The notes under the pieces were generated by a model that searched no databases, was not told the origin of the DNA, and saw nothing but the letters and a program-made list of their open reading frames with translations. A program made the position numbers and the translations under genes. 38,814 bases of DNA, taken from Actinomycetes bacterium (GTDB taxonomy: Bacteria; Actinomycetota; Actinomycetes; Propionibacteriales; Propionibacteriaceae). How positions within the stretch are numbered: position 1 is the stretch's first letter; the number at the start of each line of letters is the position of its first letter. Location: positions 1 to 38,814 of the forward strand of contig JAEZGC010000233.1 in assembly GCA_023437345.1 (NCBI GenBank), written 5' to 3'. Below, one piece after another: positions 8,393 to 18,225 of this stretch.

Positions 8393-9657
8393 CGGGTGCT
8401 CCCTGCGCGGTTGGTGTGGGCATTGGTGACAGCGACGGCGACGTTGTGGCCGCCGAAGCCGAAGGAGTTGTTGATCGCTGCGATGTCGCCCTCCGGCAGC
8501 GGACGCGGGCTGGTCGCGATGTCGATCCCGAGGTCGGGCTCGGGGTCCTCAAGGTTGATGGTCGGCGGCGCCAACCGGTCCCTGACCGCCAGCACTGACG
8601 CGATGGTCTCCAGCGCGCCGGCGCCGCCCAGCAGGTGGCCGGTCATCGACTTCGTGCTGGTCACCACCACGTGGTCGGTGTCGGCGCCGAGCGCCGTCCG
8701 GATCGAGCCGGCCTCGGTGACATCGCCCTGCGGGGTGGAGGTGCCGTGGGCGTTGACGTGGACGATGTCGGACGGGCTGAGCCCCGAGTCGGCCAGCGCC
8801 TTCAGCATCGCCCCGGACTGGCCCTCGCCGGTCGGGTCGGGCTGCACTATGTCGTGTCCGTCGGCGGTGATGCCGGCCCCGGCGATCGTGCCGTAGATCC
8901 GGGCGCCGCGGGCTGTGGCGTGCTCCAGCGTCTCCAGGATGAGGATGGCGGCGCCCTCGCCCAGCACGAAGCCGTCGCGTCCCTTGTCCCACGGACGGGA
9001 GGCGCGTTCGGGCTCGTCGTTGCGGCGCGACAGCGCCTGCATCTGGGCGAACGCGGCCATCGGCAGCGGGTGGATGGTCGCCTCGGCGCCGCCGGCGACG
9101 AAGATGTCAGCCCGTCCGAGCCGCAGCTGGTCCAGCGCCTGGGCAATCGCCTCGTTGGAGGAGGCGCAGGCCGAGACGGGGGTGTGCACCCCCGCCTTGG
9201 CGTGCACCGCCAGCCCGACGTTCGCCGCCGGCGCGTTGGCCATCAGCATCGGGATCGTGAACGGGCTGACCCGCCGGGCACCCTTGTCTCGCTGGGCGTC
9301 CCAGTTGTTGAGCAGCGAGTGGAGCCCGCCGATGCCGGACCCGATGGACACTCCCAGCCGGAACGCGTCGAGGTCGTTGTCGCCCTCCCAGGTGAAACCG
9401 GCGTCGGCCCAGGCCTCCTGGGCGGCGATCAGCGCGAGCTGGGTCGCCCGGTCGAGCCGACGGGCCTTCACCCGGTCGATGACCTCGGACGGGTCGACCT
9501 TGACGAAGGCGGCAATCCGGGCGGGCAGCTCGGCCGCCCACTCCGCGGTGATCCCGGTCACGCCGGACTCGCCTGCGAGCAGGGCCTGCCAGGTGGACGC
9601 GAGGTCACCACCCAGCGGGGTGGTGGCCCCCATCCCCGTGATCACGATCTCTGTCAT
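8389..9657 (-). CDS. fabF: 3-oxoacyl-ACP synthase II
   Basis: Catalytic Cys-His-His in SACASS, NAHGTST, KSMTGHLLG; NSFGFGGHN. Confidence 0.95.
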   Translation of the reverse strand: MTEIVITGMGATTPLGGDLASTWQALLAGESGVTGITAEWAAELPARIAAFVKVDPSEVIDRVKARRLDRATQLALIAAQEAWADAGFTWEGDNDLDAFRLGVSIGSGIGGLHSLLNNWDAQRDKGARRVSPFTIPMLMANAPAANVGLAVHAKAGVHTPVSACASSNEAIAQALDQLRLGRADIFVAGGAEATIHPLPMAAFAQMQALSRRNDEPERASRPWDKGRDGFVLGEGAAILILETLEHATARGARIYGTIAGAGITADGHDIVQPDPTGEGQSGAMLKALADSGLSPSDIVHVNAHGTSTPQGDVTEAGSIRTALGADTDHVVVTSTKSMTGHLLGGAGALETIASVLAVRDRLAPPTINLEDPEPDLGIDIATSPRPLPEGDIAAINNSFGFGGHNVAVAVTNAHTNRAGSTR

Positions 9658-9662
9658 GGGAT

Positions 9663-9905
9663 CTACAGGTGGGCCTCGATGAAGGCGACGGCGTCGCCGA
9701 CTGTCTTGAGGTTCTTCGACTCCTCATCGGGGATGGTGACGCCGAACTTCTCCTCGCACCCGACGAGGATCTCAACCATCGCCAGCGAGTCGACGTCGAG
9801 GTCCTCGACGAAGGACTTGTCGAGCTGGACCTCATCGACGGGGACGCCGGCGACGTCGTTGACGAGCTCCGCGAGCTGGACGCGGATCTCTTCTGTGGTG
9901 GCCAT
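9663..9905 (-). CDS. acpP: Acyl carrier protein
   Basis: 80 aa acidic protein with DLDVDSLAMVE phosphopantetheine site; AGGAG RBS. Confidence 0.95.
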   Translation of the reverse strand: MATTEEIRVQLAELVNDVAGVPVDEVQLDKSFVEDLDVDSLAMVEILVGCEEKFGVTIPDEESKNLKTVGDAVAFIEAHL

Positions 9906-9953
9906 CTGGGTGTTCTCCTTCTTGTTGGTGTCGGGTTCCGGCGTCGCCGGGGA

Positions 9954-10949
9954 TCAGGGGAGGGTGACGACCTGCCCGGCGTAGACCAGGCCGGCGCCGA
10001 AGCCGATCAGCAGCGCGGTCTGCCCGCTGTGGGCCTGGCCGGAGGACAGCAGGGCGTCCATGGCGATCGGGACGGAGGCCGCCGAGTTGTTGCCGTAGCC
10101 CTGGATGGTGCGCGCGACCACGACCTTCTCGGGGAGCTTCAGGTAGCGCAGCAGGGTGTCGGTGATCCGGTTGTTGGCCTGGTGGGGGATGAAGACGTCG
10201 AGCTCGTCTGCGGTGAGGCCCGATTCGGTGAGGCACTTCGACGCCGCCTGGGCGATGAAGCCGGTGGCCCACTTGAAGACCGCCCGGCCGTCCATCGCCA
10301 GCGAGGGCCAGGTCGACTCGCTGACGGCGTCCTGCCAGTCAGCGGTCTGCCAGATCGCGGCGGCCTGGGAGCCGTCCGACCCCCACACGACAGGACCGAT
10401 CCCGTTGGTGTCGCTGGGGCCGACGACTGCCGCGCCGGCGCCGTCGGAGAACAGGAACGCGGTGCCGCGGTCGGTGACGTCGGTCATCCGGCTGAGCGTC
10501 TCGGCCCCGATCACCACGACGTGGCGGGCCTGGCCGGCGCGGATCATGCCCTCGGCCTGGGCCAGCGCGTAGCAGAACCCGGCGCAGGCGGCCGAGATGT
10601 CGTAGGCGACGGCGTCGACCATGCCGAGTTGGGTCGCCAGTCGCGGCGCCAGGGCTGGGGTCTGGTGGAAGTGGGAGACGGTGGCCAGCACCAGGGCGTC
10701 GATCTCGGACGGCGCCAGCCCGGCCCGTTCGATGGCCTGTCCGGCGGCCTGCAGGGCAAGGCTCTCCAGGGTCTCGTCGTCGGAGATCCAGCGGCGCTCC
10801 CGGATGCCGGTGCGCTGCTGGATCCACTCGTCGGAGGAGTCGATGAACTGCACCATGTGCTCGTTGTCGAGCACCCGGCTGGGCACCGCGGCGCCGACCG
10901 ACAGGATGCGGGCGTAACGGGCCCCCGCGCTGGCCTTCAGTTCGCTCAC
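9954..10949 (-). CDS. fabH: 3-oxoacyl-ACP synthase III
   Basis: SSDEWIQQRTGIRER, AACAGF, PHQANNRI, GNNSAAS, GFGAGL; GTG 10949 overlaps fabD stop. Confidence 0.94.
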   Translation of the reverse strand: MSELKASAGARYARILSVGAAVPSRVLDNEHMVQFIDSSDEWIQQRTGIRERRWISDDETLESLALQAAGQAIERAGLAPSEIDALVLATVSHFHQTPALAPRLATQLGMVDAVAYDISAACAGFCYALAQAEGMIRAGQARHVVVIGAETLSRMTDVTDRGTAFLFSDGAGAAVVGPSDTNGIGPVVWGSDGSQAAAIWQTADWQDAVSESTWPSLAMDGRAVFKWATGFIAQAASKCLTESGLTADELDVFIPHQANNRITDTLLRYLKLPEKVVVARTIQGYGNNSAASVPIAMDALLSSGQAHSGQTALLIGFGAGLVYAGQVVTLP

Positions 10950-12157
10950 GCGGCGCTCCCGCCGGCGCCCTCGGAGTGGGGGTGCAGTCGGACCAGCGGC
11001 TGGCCGGGTGCCACCGGGTCGCCGTCCTCGACCAGCCATTCGACGACGGTCCCGCCGTGCGGGGTGGCGACGTCGGCAGTGGCGCGCAGCGTGGAGACCT
11101 GGCCGACCACCGTGGCCGGGTCGAGGACGTCGCCGGCGGCCAGGCCGGCGGCGCGGGCGAAGGTGCCCTTGCTGGGGGAGACGACCAGCTTCCAGCCCGG
11201 CGAGGTCGACATCGCCGAGGTGGTGGCAGGGTCGGCGTGCGCGGCCACGAAGTCGCGGGCGGCCGGGATCTGGTCGGGGGTGTTCAGGGCGAACAGTTCG
11301 ACGCCCTTCAGGTTGCGCTTGGCGATCCCGGTGAGGGCACCGGCCGGTGGCAGTTCGAGCAGCCCGGTGACGCCGAGGTCTGCCATCGTCTGCAGGCACA
11401 GGTCCCAGCGGACCGGGTTGGCGACCTGGTTGACCAGCCGCTTGAGGTACTCCCGGCCGCTCTGCACCACGGTGCCGTCGGCATTGGACAGCAGCCGGGT
11501 GCGCGGGTCGTGGGTGGAGATCGCCCGGGCCAGGCCGGCCAGGTGGGCCACGGCGGGTTCCATGTGGACGGTGTGGAAGGCGCCGGCCACGCTGAGCTGG
11601 ATGAGGCGGGCCCTGGCCGGCGGGTTCGCGGCCAGCTCGGCCAGCTGCTCGACTGTGCCGGCGGCGACGATCTGGCCGGAACCGTTGTGGTTGGCGGCGG
11701 TCAGCCCGGCTGCCTCGATGGCGGCGAGCACCGCTTCGGGATCGCCGCCGACGACTGCCACCATCGAGGTCGGACGTGCCGCGCTCGCCGCGGCCATCTG
11801 CCGTCCGCGCTCCCTGACGAAGACCATCGCCTGCTCGGCGCTCAGCACCCCGACGCCGCTGGCCGCGGTGATCTCACCGACTGAGTGGCCGGCCGCCATC
11901 CCGACCCGGCCGAAGGCGTCCCCGGGCGACGGGAACAGCTCAAGGGCGGTGATCAGGCCGGCGGCGACCAGCAGCGGCTGCGCGACGGCGGTGTCCCGGA
12001 TCGTCTCGGCGTCGGCCTTGGTGCCGTAGTGGGCGAGGTCGATGCCGGCCACCGTGGACAGCCAGTTCAGCCGCTCGGCAGTCCGGCTCTCGGTCAGCCA
12101 GGGTTCCAGGAAGCCAGGGGTCTGGGCGCCCTGACCGGGCGCGACGATTGCGAGCAC
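10946..12157 (-). CDS. fabD: Malonyl-CoA:ACP transacylase with C-terminal biotinyl/lipoyl-carrier-like domain
   Basis: PGQGAQ, AQPLL, GHSVG, GAFH, PVRW; extra ~75 aa tail VVSPSKGTF..GGTVVEWLVEDGDPVAPGQPLVRL; start GTG 12157. Confidence 0.92.
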   Translation of the reverse strand: MLAIVAPGQGAQTPGFLEPWLTESRTAERLNWLSTVAGIDLAHYGTKADAETIRDTAVAQPLLVAAGLITALELFPSPGDAFGRVGMAAGHSVGEITAASGVGVLSAEQAMVFVRERGRQMAAASAARPTSMVAVVGGDPEAVLAAIEAAGLTAANHNGSGQIVAAGTVEQLAELAANPPARARLIQLSVAGAFHTVHMEPAVAHLAGLARAISTHDPRTRLLSNADGTVVQSGREYLKRLVNQVANPVRWDLCLQTMADLGVTGLLELPPAGALTGIAKRNLKGVELFALNTPDQIPAARDFVAAHADPATTSAMSTSPGWKLVVSPSKGTFARAAGLAAGDVLDPATVVGQVSTLRATADVATPHGGTVVEWLVEDGDPVAPGQPLVRLHPHSEGAGGSAA

Positions 12158-12223
12158 GACGTCAACTCTGTCCTGCCGCGGGCCGCTGGCGGGGGCTGTC
12201 CACGACGAAAAGGTCACCCCACC

Positions 12224-12242
12224 CTTGTATGGTTCCTACAAG
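12224..12242. promoter_or_regulatory. Palindromic FasR/MabR-type operator upstream of fabD
   Basis: CTTGTA-TGGTTCC-TACAAG, matches the TTGT-N9-ACAA core described for mycobacterial MabR. Confidence 0.75.
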
Positions 12243-12310
12243 CCCCACCCGGGTTCTCAGGGTGTATGAGGTAGCCCAGTTGTCAGGATCGTGGATTCCT
12301 GAGAGGTTCC

Positions 12311-13489
12311 TTAACCGAGCAGGCGGCCGAGGGTGAGGGCCAGCTGGAGCACGTAGCCGTCGCGGGCGTCGGCGGGGGAGTAGCCGGTGAGCTCCTGGAT
12401 CCGCCGTAGCCGGTAGCGCACCGTGTTGGGGTGGATGTAGCGGGCCCTGGCGGTCGCCTCGATGGACCCGCCCTGCGCCAGGTACTCGGTGAGCGTGGTC
12501 ACCAGTTCGCCGCCGGCGGCGACCAGCGGCTGGTAGATGTCGGTCACCAGCAGCCGCCGGGCATGGCCGTCCCCGGCCAGCACCCGCTCCGGCAGCAGGT
12601 CGGCCGAAGCCACCGGACGCGGGACCTGCGGCCAGGCGTGCGCCGCGCGAACCCCGGACAGCGCCGAGCGAGCGCTGCCGACGGCGTCCGACAGGCTGTC
12701 CACTATCGGGCCCACCACCACGTCCCCGGCACCGAAGTGGTCGACGAAACCCGCCACGAGGGCCACCAGCGGCGGCATCTCGGTGAGCTCGGTCCCGACC
12801 AGGACGACCAGCCGGTCGCCCTGCTGGGCGGCCAGCACGTCACTGTGCCGGTCCGCCGCCGCCTCCCGGATCGCCTCGATCGCCGGGCCGGGGTCGGGCG
12901 GGGCGGGACCTATCACCACCGCCACCCGCGGCGGGTTCGACCAGCCCAGGGCAGAGGCCCGCGAGGCGACCGACTCGTCGGCGTCGCCGCGGATCACGGC
13001 GTCCACCACCAGCGCCTCCAGCCGCTCGTCCCAGCGGCCGCGCAGTTCGGCGGCGCGGGCGTACACCTCGGCGGCACCGAAGGCAACCTCGCGGGAGTAA
13101 TAGACGATGGCCAGCTTCAGCGGCACCTGGTCGTCGGGTGGCAGCCGGGCGATCTCGGTCTCGACGGTGTCGATGGTGGTCCGCATCAGGTCGACGGTCT
13201 GGTGCAGCGTGATCTGACGGGTCAGCGCCCGGGGCGCGGCGTCGAAGATGCTGCGGGGCGGGCTGCCCGCCCCGCCCTCGGCGAACCAGGTGATGAACCC
13301 GTCGATCCCCGAGCGGGCGACGACTGTGATCCAGGACCGGTTCTCGGCGTCCAGCTGGGCGAACCACGGGTGCTGCTCGGCGATCCTGGCCATCGCGGCG
13401 GTGTTGAGCGCGGCGGCCGAGGACCGCAGGCCGCGCGCCAGCCGCGCCCTGTCCCGCTCCGACGGCCACCAGTCAGCGGCGCTCGCCAT
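12311..13489 (-). CDS. fasR: PucR/CdaR-family transcriptional activator of fatty-acid synthesis (FasR/MabR ortholog)
   Basis: FDAAPRALTRQITLHQTV, YSREVAFGAAEVYARAAELRGRWDERLEALVVD, C-terminal HTH HPNTVRYRLRRI; GAGGAG RBS; directly upstream of fabD. Confidence 0.9.
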   Translation of the reverse strand: MASAADWWPSERDRARLARGLRSSAAALNTAAMARIAEQHPWFAQLDAENRSWITVVARSGIDGFITWFAEGGAGSPPRSIFDAAPRALTRQITLHQTVDLMRTTIDTVETEIARLPPDDQVPLKLAIVYYSREVAFGAAEVYARAAELRGRWDERLEALVVDAVIRGDADESVASRASALGWSNPPRVAVVIGPAPPDPGPAIEAIREAAADRHSDVLAAQQGDRLVVLVGTELTEMPPLVALVAGFVDHFGAGDVVVGPIVDSLSDAVGSARSALSGVRAAHAWPQVPRPVASADLLPERVLAGDGHARRLLVTDIYQPLVAAGGELVTTLTEYLAQGGSIEATARARYIHPNTVRYRLRRIQELTGYSPADARDGYVLQLALTLGRLLG

Positions 13490-13716
13490 ACCGCTCCTCT
13501 CCCCGGCCTGCAGCCTAACCGGCCGGCGGGTGCGCAGCGCCGGCGGCGTCCCGACTCGCGACCTGGCGCCCCCCGCATGACCAGCCCTGACGCAGCCGTC
13601 GCGGGGTCCGGGCCGGGGGTGGGAGGATAGGCAGACGGGTACAGCCCGGCTGGTAGGTTGCATGGTTGGACGGCCCGCGACCCGGGCGGCCCGACGTGAC
13701 GAGGAAAGGGAAGGCT

Positions 13717-16479
13717 GTGGCTAATCGCGACTCGATGGGACCGATCCTCAACGGGCTGCCGACGAATCTGCCCGACATCGACTCGGAGGAGACCGCCGAG
13801 TGGCTGGAGTCGCTGGACAGCATGATCGACGAGGTCGGACGCAACCGCGCCCGCTACGTCATGCTGAAGCTGCTGGAGCGCTCCCGCGAGCGGCAGATCG
13901 GCGTCCCCTCGCTGGTGGCGACCGACTACGTGAACACCATCCCGCCGGAGCGTGAGCCCTGGTACCCCGGCGACGTCGAGCTGGAGCGCAAGTTCCGCCG
14001 GCTGGTCCGCTGGAACGCCGCCATCATGGTGCACCGGGCGCAGCGTCCGGGTGTCGGCGTCGGGGGCCACATCTCGTCCTATGCCTCCTCGGCGACCCTG
14101 TACGAGGTGGGCTTCAACCACTTCTTCCGCGGCAAGGACCACCCCGGCGGCGGCGACCAGATTTTCTTCCAGGGCCACGCCAGCCCCGGCATGTACGCCC
14201 GCGCCTTCCTTGAGGGCCGGCTCGACGAGCACGACCTGAACGGCTTCCGGCAGGAGAAGAGCCACATCGTCGACGGCAAGGTGCGCGCCCTTCCGTCCTA
14301 CCCCCACCCACGCCAGATGCCCGGGTTCTGGGAGTTCCCGACCGTGTCGATGGGCCTTGGCCCGATCGCGGCGATCTACCAGGCGCAGTTCAACAAGTAC
14401 CTGCACAACCGCGGCATGAAGGACACCGCCGACCAGCGGGTCTGGGCCTTCCTCGGTGACGGCGAGATGGACGAGGTCGAGAGCCGCGGCGCCCTGCAAC
14501 TGGCCGCCTACGAGCAGCTCGACAACCTGACCTTCGTCGTCAACTGCAACCTGCAACGCCTCGACGGCCCGGTGCGCGGCAACGGCAAGATCATGCAGGA
14601 ACTGGAGAGCTTCTTCCGCGGCGCCGGCTGGAACGTGATCAAGGTCGTGTGGGGCCGCGGCTGGGACCCGCTGCTGGCCGCCGACCGCGACGGTGCGCTG
14701 CTGAACGTGATGAACACCACCACCGACGGCGACTACCAGACCTTCAAGGCCAACGACGGCGGCTACGTCCGCAAGCACTTCTTCGGTCGCGACGCGCGGA
14801 CCGCGAAGATGGTCGAGGACTGGTCGGACGAGCGGATCTGGGCGCTGACCCGCGGTGGCCACGACTACCACAAGGTGTACGCCGCCTACGACGCCGCGAC
14901 GAAGTTCACCGGTGCGCCGACGGTGATCCTGGCCCACACCATCAAGGGCTACTTCCTCGGATCGCACTTCGCCGGTCGCAATGCGACCCACCAGATGAAG
15001 AAGCTGGCCCTGGATGACCTGAAGCAGTTCCGGGACCGGCTCGACATGCCGATCAGCGACGCGGTGCTGGAGGAGAACCCGTACCAGCCGCCGTACATCA
15101 ACCCCGGTCCGTCCGACGACCGGATCCGGTACGTCATGGAGCGCCGCAAGACCCTTGGCGGGTCGATCCCCGAGCGTCGCAACACGCCCAAGCCGATCAA
15201 GCTGCCCGACGACAAGTCCTATGACATCGCGCGCAAGGGCTCGGGCAACCAGCCGGTCGCCACCACCATGGCGTGGGTGCGGCTGCTGAAGGACCTGATG
15301 CGGGACAAGGAGTTCGCCCCGCACGTCGTGCCGATCATCCCCGACGAGGCCCGCACCTTCGGCATGGACTCGTTCTTCCCGACGATCAAGATCTATTCCC
15401 CGCACGGCCAGACCTACACCCCGGTCGACCACGAGCTGATGCTCGCCTACCGGGAGTCGACCCAGGGCCAGATCCTGCACACCGGCATCAACGAGGCCGG
15501 GTCGGTCGCCGCCTTCCAGGCGGTGGGCACGTCCTACGCCACCCACGGCGTCCACATGGTGCCGATCTACGTCTTCTACTCGATGTTCGGGTTCCAGCGG
15601 ACCGGCGACGCGATCTGGGCTGCGGCCGACCAACTGGCGCGCGGCTTCATGATCGGGGCCACCGCGGGACGCACCACGCTGACCGGCGAGGGCACCCAGC
15701 ACATGGACGGCCACAGCCACATGATCTCGGCGACCAACCCTGCGGTGATCTCCTGGGATCCGGCCTACGCCTACGAGATCGGCTACATCATGCAGGACGG
15801 CCTGCGGCGGATGTACGGCGAGAACCCCGAGGACGTCATCTACTACCTCACCGTCTACAACGAGCCGATGCTGCAGCCGGTCGAGCCGGAGAACGTCGAC
15901 GTCGAAGGCATCGTGAAGGGCATGTACCTGCTCAAGGAGGGATCCTTCGAGGGGGTGGGGGCTGACGCCCGTCGGGCCCAGCTGCTGGCCTCCGGGGTCG
16001 GCGTGGCCTGGGCGCTGGAGGCGCAGGAGCTGCTGAAGAAGGACTTCGGCGTGGTCGCCGACGTGTGGAGCGTCACCTCGTGGACCGAGCTGCGCCGCGA
16101 CGGCCTGGCCGCCGACGAGCACGCGTTCCTGCATCCCGACGAGCCGGCGCGGGTGCCGTGGGTGACCCAGAAGCTGGCAGACCGGCCCGGCCCCGTGGTC
16201 GCCGTCTCCGACTACATGCGCCAGGTGCAGGACCAGATCATCAACTGGGTCCCGGGCGACTTCGTATCGTTGGGCGCCGACGGCTTCGGCTTCTCCGACA
16301 CCCGGGCCGCCGCACGCCGGTTCTTCCACATCGACGGCCCGTCGATTGCGGTGCGGACGCTGCAGCAGCTCGCCAGGCGGGGCGAGGTCGATCCGTCCTG
16401 GCCGGGCAAGGCGGCCGAGCTGTACCGGCTCGACGACATCCGGGCGGGTAGCTCCGGTGCAGTCGGTGGTGACGCCTGA
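13717..16479 (+). CDS. aceE: Pyruvate dehydrogenase E1 component, homodimeric type
   Basis: [36 protein letters not shown], ThDP motif [27 protein letters not shown]. Confidence 0.96.
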   Translation: MANRDSMGPILNGLPTNLPDIDSEETAEWLESLDSMIDEVGRNRARYVMLKLLERSRERQIGVPSLVATDYVNTIPPEREPWYPGDVELERKFRRLVRWNAAIMVHRAQRPGVGVGGHISSYASSATLYEVGFNHFFRGKDHPGGGDQIFFQGHASPGMYARAFLEGRLDEHDLNGFRQEKSHIVDGKVRALPSYPHPRQMPGFWEFPTVSMGLGPIAAIYQAQFNKYLHNRGMKDTADQRVWAFLGDGEMDEVESRGALQLAAYEQLDNLTFVVNCNLQRLDGPVRGNGKIMQELESFFRGAGWNVIKVVWGRGWDPLLAADRDGALLNVMNTTTDGDYQTFKANDGGYVRKHFFGRDARTAKMVEDWSDERIWALTRGGHDYHKVYAAYDAATKFTGAPTVILAHTIKGYFLGSHFAGRNATHQMKKLALDDLKQFRDRLDMPISDAVLEENPYQPPYINPGPSDDRIRYVMERRKTLGGSIPERRNTPKPIKLPDDKSYDIARKGSGNQPVATTMAWVRLLKDLMRDKEFAPHVVPIIPDEARTFGMDSFFPTIKIYSPHGQTYTPVDHELMLAYRESTQGQILHTGINEAGSVAAFQAVGTSYATHGVHMVPIYVFYSMFGFQRTGDAIWAAADQLARGFMIGATAGRTTLTGEGTQHMDGHSHMISATNPAVISWDPAYAYEIGYIMQDGLRRMYGENPEDVIYYLTVYNEPMLQPVEPENVDVEGIVKGMYLLKEGSFEGVGADARRAQLLASGVGVAWALEAQELLKKDFGVVADVWSVTSWTELRRDGLAADEHAFLHPDEPARVPWVTQKLADRPGPVVAVSDYMRQVQDQIINWVPGDFVSLGADGFGFSDTRAAARRFFHIDGPSIAVRTLQQLARRGEVDPSWPGKAAELYRLDDIRAGSSGAVGGDA

Positions 16480-16551
16480 GTTTCCTTGGTTGTCGCGGCC
16501 CTGACTGGCTAGGCTTCACCCATCGATCAGCCGGAAAGGGAGGGGTCAGGC

Positions 16552-16968
16552 GTGAGCACCGCGCCCGGTTCAAGCAACCGTGCCGTCGCCATGGGTCTGG
16601 ACAGGGGCGTGGCCGTGCAGGAAATCGGCTGGGACTCCGATGTCGACGAGGAACTGCGCGACGACATCATGGACCTCACCGGTGAGGAGTTCGTCTACGA
16701 GGCGGTCGAGGCCGTGGACGTCGTCCTGCTGTGGTGGCGCGCCGAGGACGGGGACCTGGCCGACGGGCTGGTCGACGCGCTGACCGACCTGGCGTCGCAC
16801 GGCGTGATCTGGCTGCTCACCCCGAAGGTGGGCCGGCCCGGCTACGTGGATGCCACAGACCTGGCTGAGGCGGCGCTGACCGCCGGGCTTTCCCTGGCGA
16901 ACGCTGCCTCGCTCGCCTCGAAGTGGCAGGCACACAAGCTGGTACGGCCCAAGGGCATCAGGCGGTGA
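16552..16968 (+). CDS. DUF3052 family protein
   Basis: VQEIGWDSDVDEELR, DVVLLWWRAEDGDL, GVIWLLTPK; TAGGCT -10 at 16510-16515 and GGAGG RBS. Confidence 0.88.
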   Translation: MSTAPGSSNRAVAMGLDRGVAVQEIGWDSDVDEELRDDIMDLTGEEFVYEAVEAVDVVLLWWRAEDGDLADGLVDALTDLASHGVIWLLTPKVGRPGYVDATDLAEAALTAGLSLANAASLASKWQAHKLVRPKGIRR

Positions 16969-17933
16969 GCCGACCCGGCCGCGGAGCGCAGCGCCTGCTG
17001 GCGATCCTCGCGGCCGGAGTCCTCAGTGGGTGCACCGGAGTCGCGGGCCCGGTCCGCACGCCGCCGCCACCACCGCCGGCCGTCAGCCCGTCTCCCATCC
17101 CGACCCACACAACCCCCGCCCCGGTGGCCTCCGCTGCGACGCCGACCGCAGCGCCGCCGACACCGTCTCTGGCCGTCCGGCCGCCCCGCGTCCGCGGCGT
17201 CCTCAACTTCCGTGATGTGGCCGGCTGGAAGGCGTCCCTGCCGGTGGCGGGCGGTGGCTCGATGGCGCGCGGGGTGGTGTACCGCTCGGGAAGGCTCAAG
17301 GATCTGACTGACGCCGACCGTCGCGAACTCGTGAGGGCAGGGGTGAGCTACATCATCGACCTGCGCACCACCCAGGTCGCCCGGCGCAGCCCCGATCCGG
17401 CGATCAAGGGTGCCAGGTACCGCCACGTGAACCTGTTCGGCGTGTACTCCACCGGCACCCCGCGCTACGCCAGCGCCACCGAGGCGATCGCCGACCGCCT
17501 GGAGATGAACCGCAGGTTCGTCAGCGACCCCGGCCAGCGCAAACGCACCGCGAGCGTGCTGAAGATCATCTCCCGCGCCAGCGGTCCGGTGATCATCCAC
17601 TGCACCGAGGGCAAGGACCGCACTGGCTGGATCGCCGCACTCCTGCAACTCATCGCCGGGGCATCGGAGGCCGACGTGATGGCCGACTACCTGGCGTCCA
17701 ATCGCTTCCGGCATGACGCCGTCGAGGCCCGGTACGCGAAGGTGCTCAAGGCGCGCGGTCGGAAGGCTGCTGACATCGACAGGTTGTTGTACATAGTCGA
17801 CGAGTCCTACCTGCTGGCGGGCCTGGAAGAACTCAGGGAGCGCTACGGGGACCTCGACACCTTCGTGTCCGAAGGGCTCGGCGTGTCCGCCGACACCGTG
17901 ACCGCGCTGCGGGCGCGGCTGCGCGACGACTGA
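16965..17933 (+). CDS. Lipoprotein tyrosine/phosphoinositide phosphatase (MptpB/LipA-like)
   Basis: Lipobox VLSG-C, Pro-rich linker, NFRDVAG, YRSG, IIDLR, P-loop HCTEGKDRTG, DYLASN; GTGA overlap with DUF3052. Confidence 0.85.
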   Translation: MSRPGRGAQRLLAILAAGVLSGCTGVAGPVRTPPPPPPAVSPSPIPTHTTPAPVASAATPTAAPPTPSLAVRPPRVRGVLNFRDVAGWKASLPVAGGGSMARGVVYRSGRLKDLTDADRRELVRAGVSYIIDLRTTQVARRSPDPAIKGARYRHVNLFGVYSTGTPRYASATEAIADRLEMNRRFVSDPGQRKRTASVLKIISRASGPVIIHCTEGKDRTGWIAALLQLIAGASEADVMADYLASNRFRHDAVEARYAKVLKARGRKAADIDRLLYIVDESYLLAGLEELRERYGDLDTFVSEGLGVSADTVTALRARLRDD

Positions 17934-17939
17934 GGCAGT

Positions 17940-18104
17940 TTCGCGGCACGTCCGTGGTTGTCAGGGCGAACCGGCGGGCCCGCGACCAGCCTCGCAGCGA
18001 ATCCTTGGTTACCAGGCCGGATTCAGCCCTCACAGCCACAGGTTCACCGCGAAGCGCCGCCGTCAGCGGGGAACCGCCTCCCAGAACCACGGATCCGCCG
18101 CGAA
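17940..18104. repeat. 165-nt intergenic element bounded by imperfect 20-nt inverted repeats
   Basis: TTCGCGGC-acg-TCCGTGGTT (17940-17959) vs AACCACGGA-tcc-GCCGCGAA (18085-18104); internal hairpin GAATCC 17999-18004 / GGATTC 18019-18024. Confidence 0.5.
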
Positions 18105-18225
18105 GCAGCGCAGCGCATCCTCCCGCAGCGTCGCCGGAGACGGCCGTGGGTGGTCGCTGAGATGGTGATGCGTGATTTTCGCCGTCCGGCTGCCAGAATG
18201 GTCGCCGCGGCCGCCGGGCCGCCCG

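Noticed and set aside
6968..12157. Type II polyketide synthase cluster
   Set aside because: fasR-fabD-fabH-acpP-fabF-accD is the housekeeping FAS-II layout; no chain-length factor, cyclase or tailoring genes
13222..16329. 1035-aa minus-strand ORF, and similar long antisense ORFs (6875-8896, 9669-12029, 20426-22507, 23508-25445, 32670-34730, 35066-36454)
   Set aside because: Shadow ORFs opposite well-supported genes; high GC3 suppresses antisense stops; no recognisable motifs
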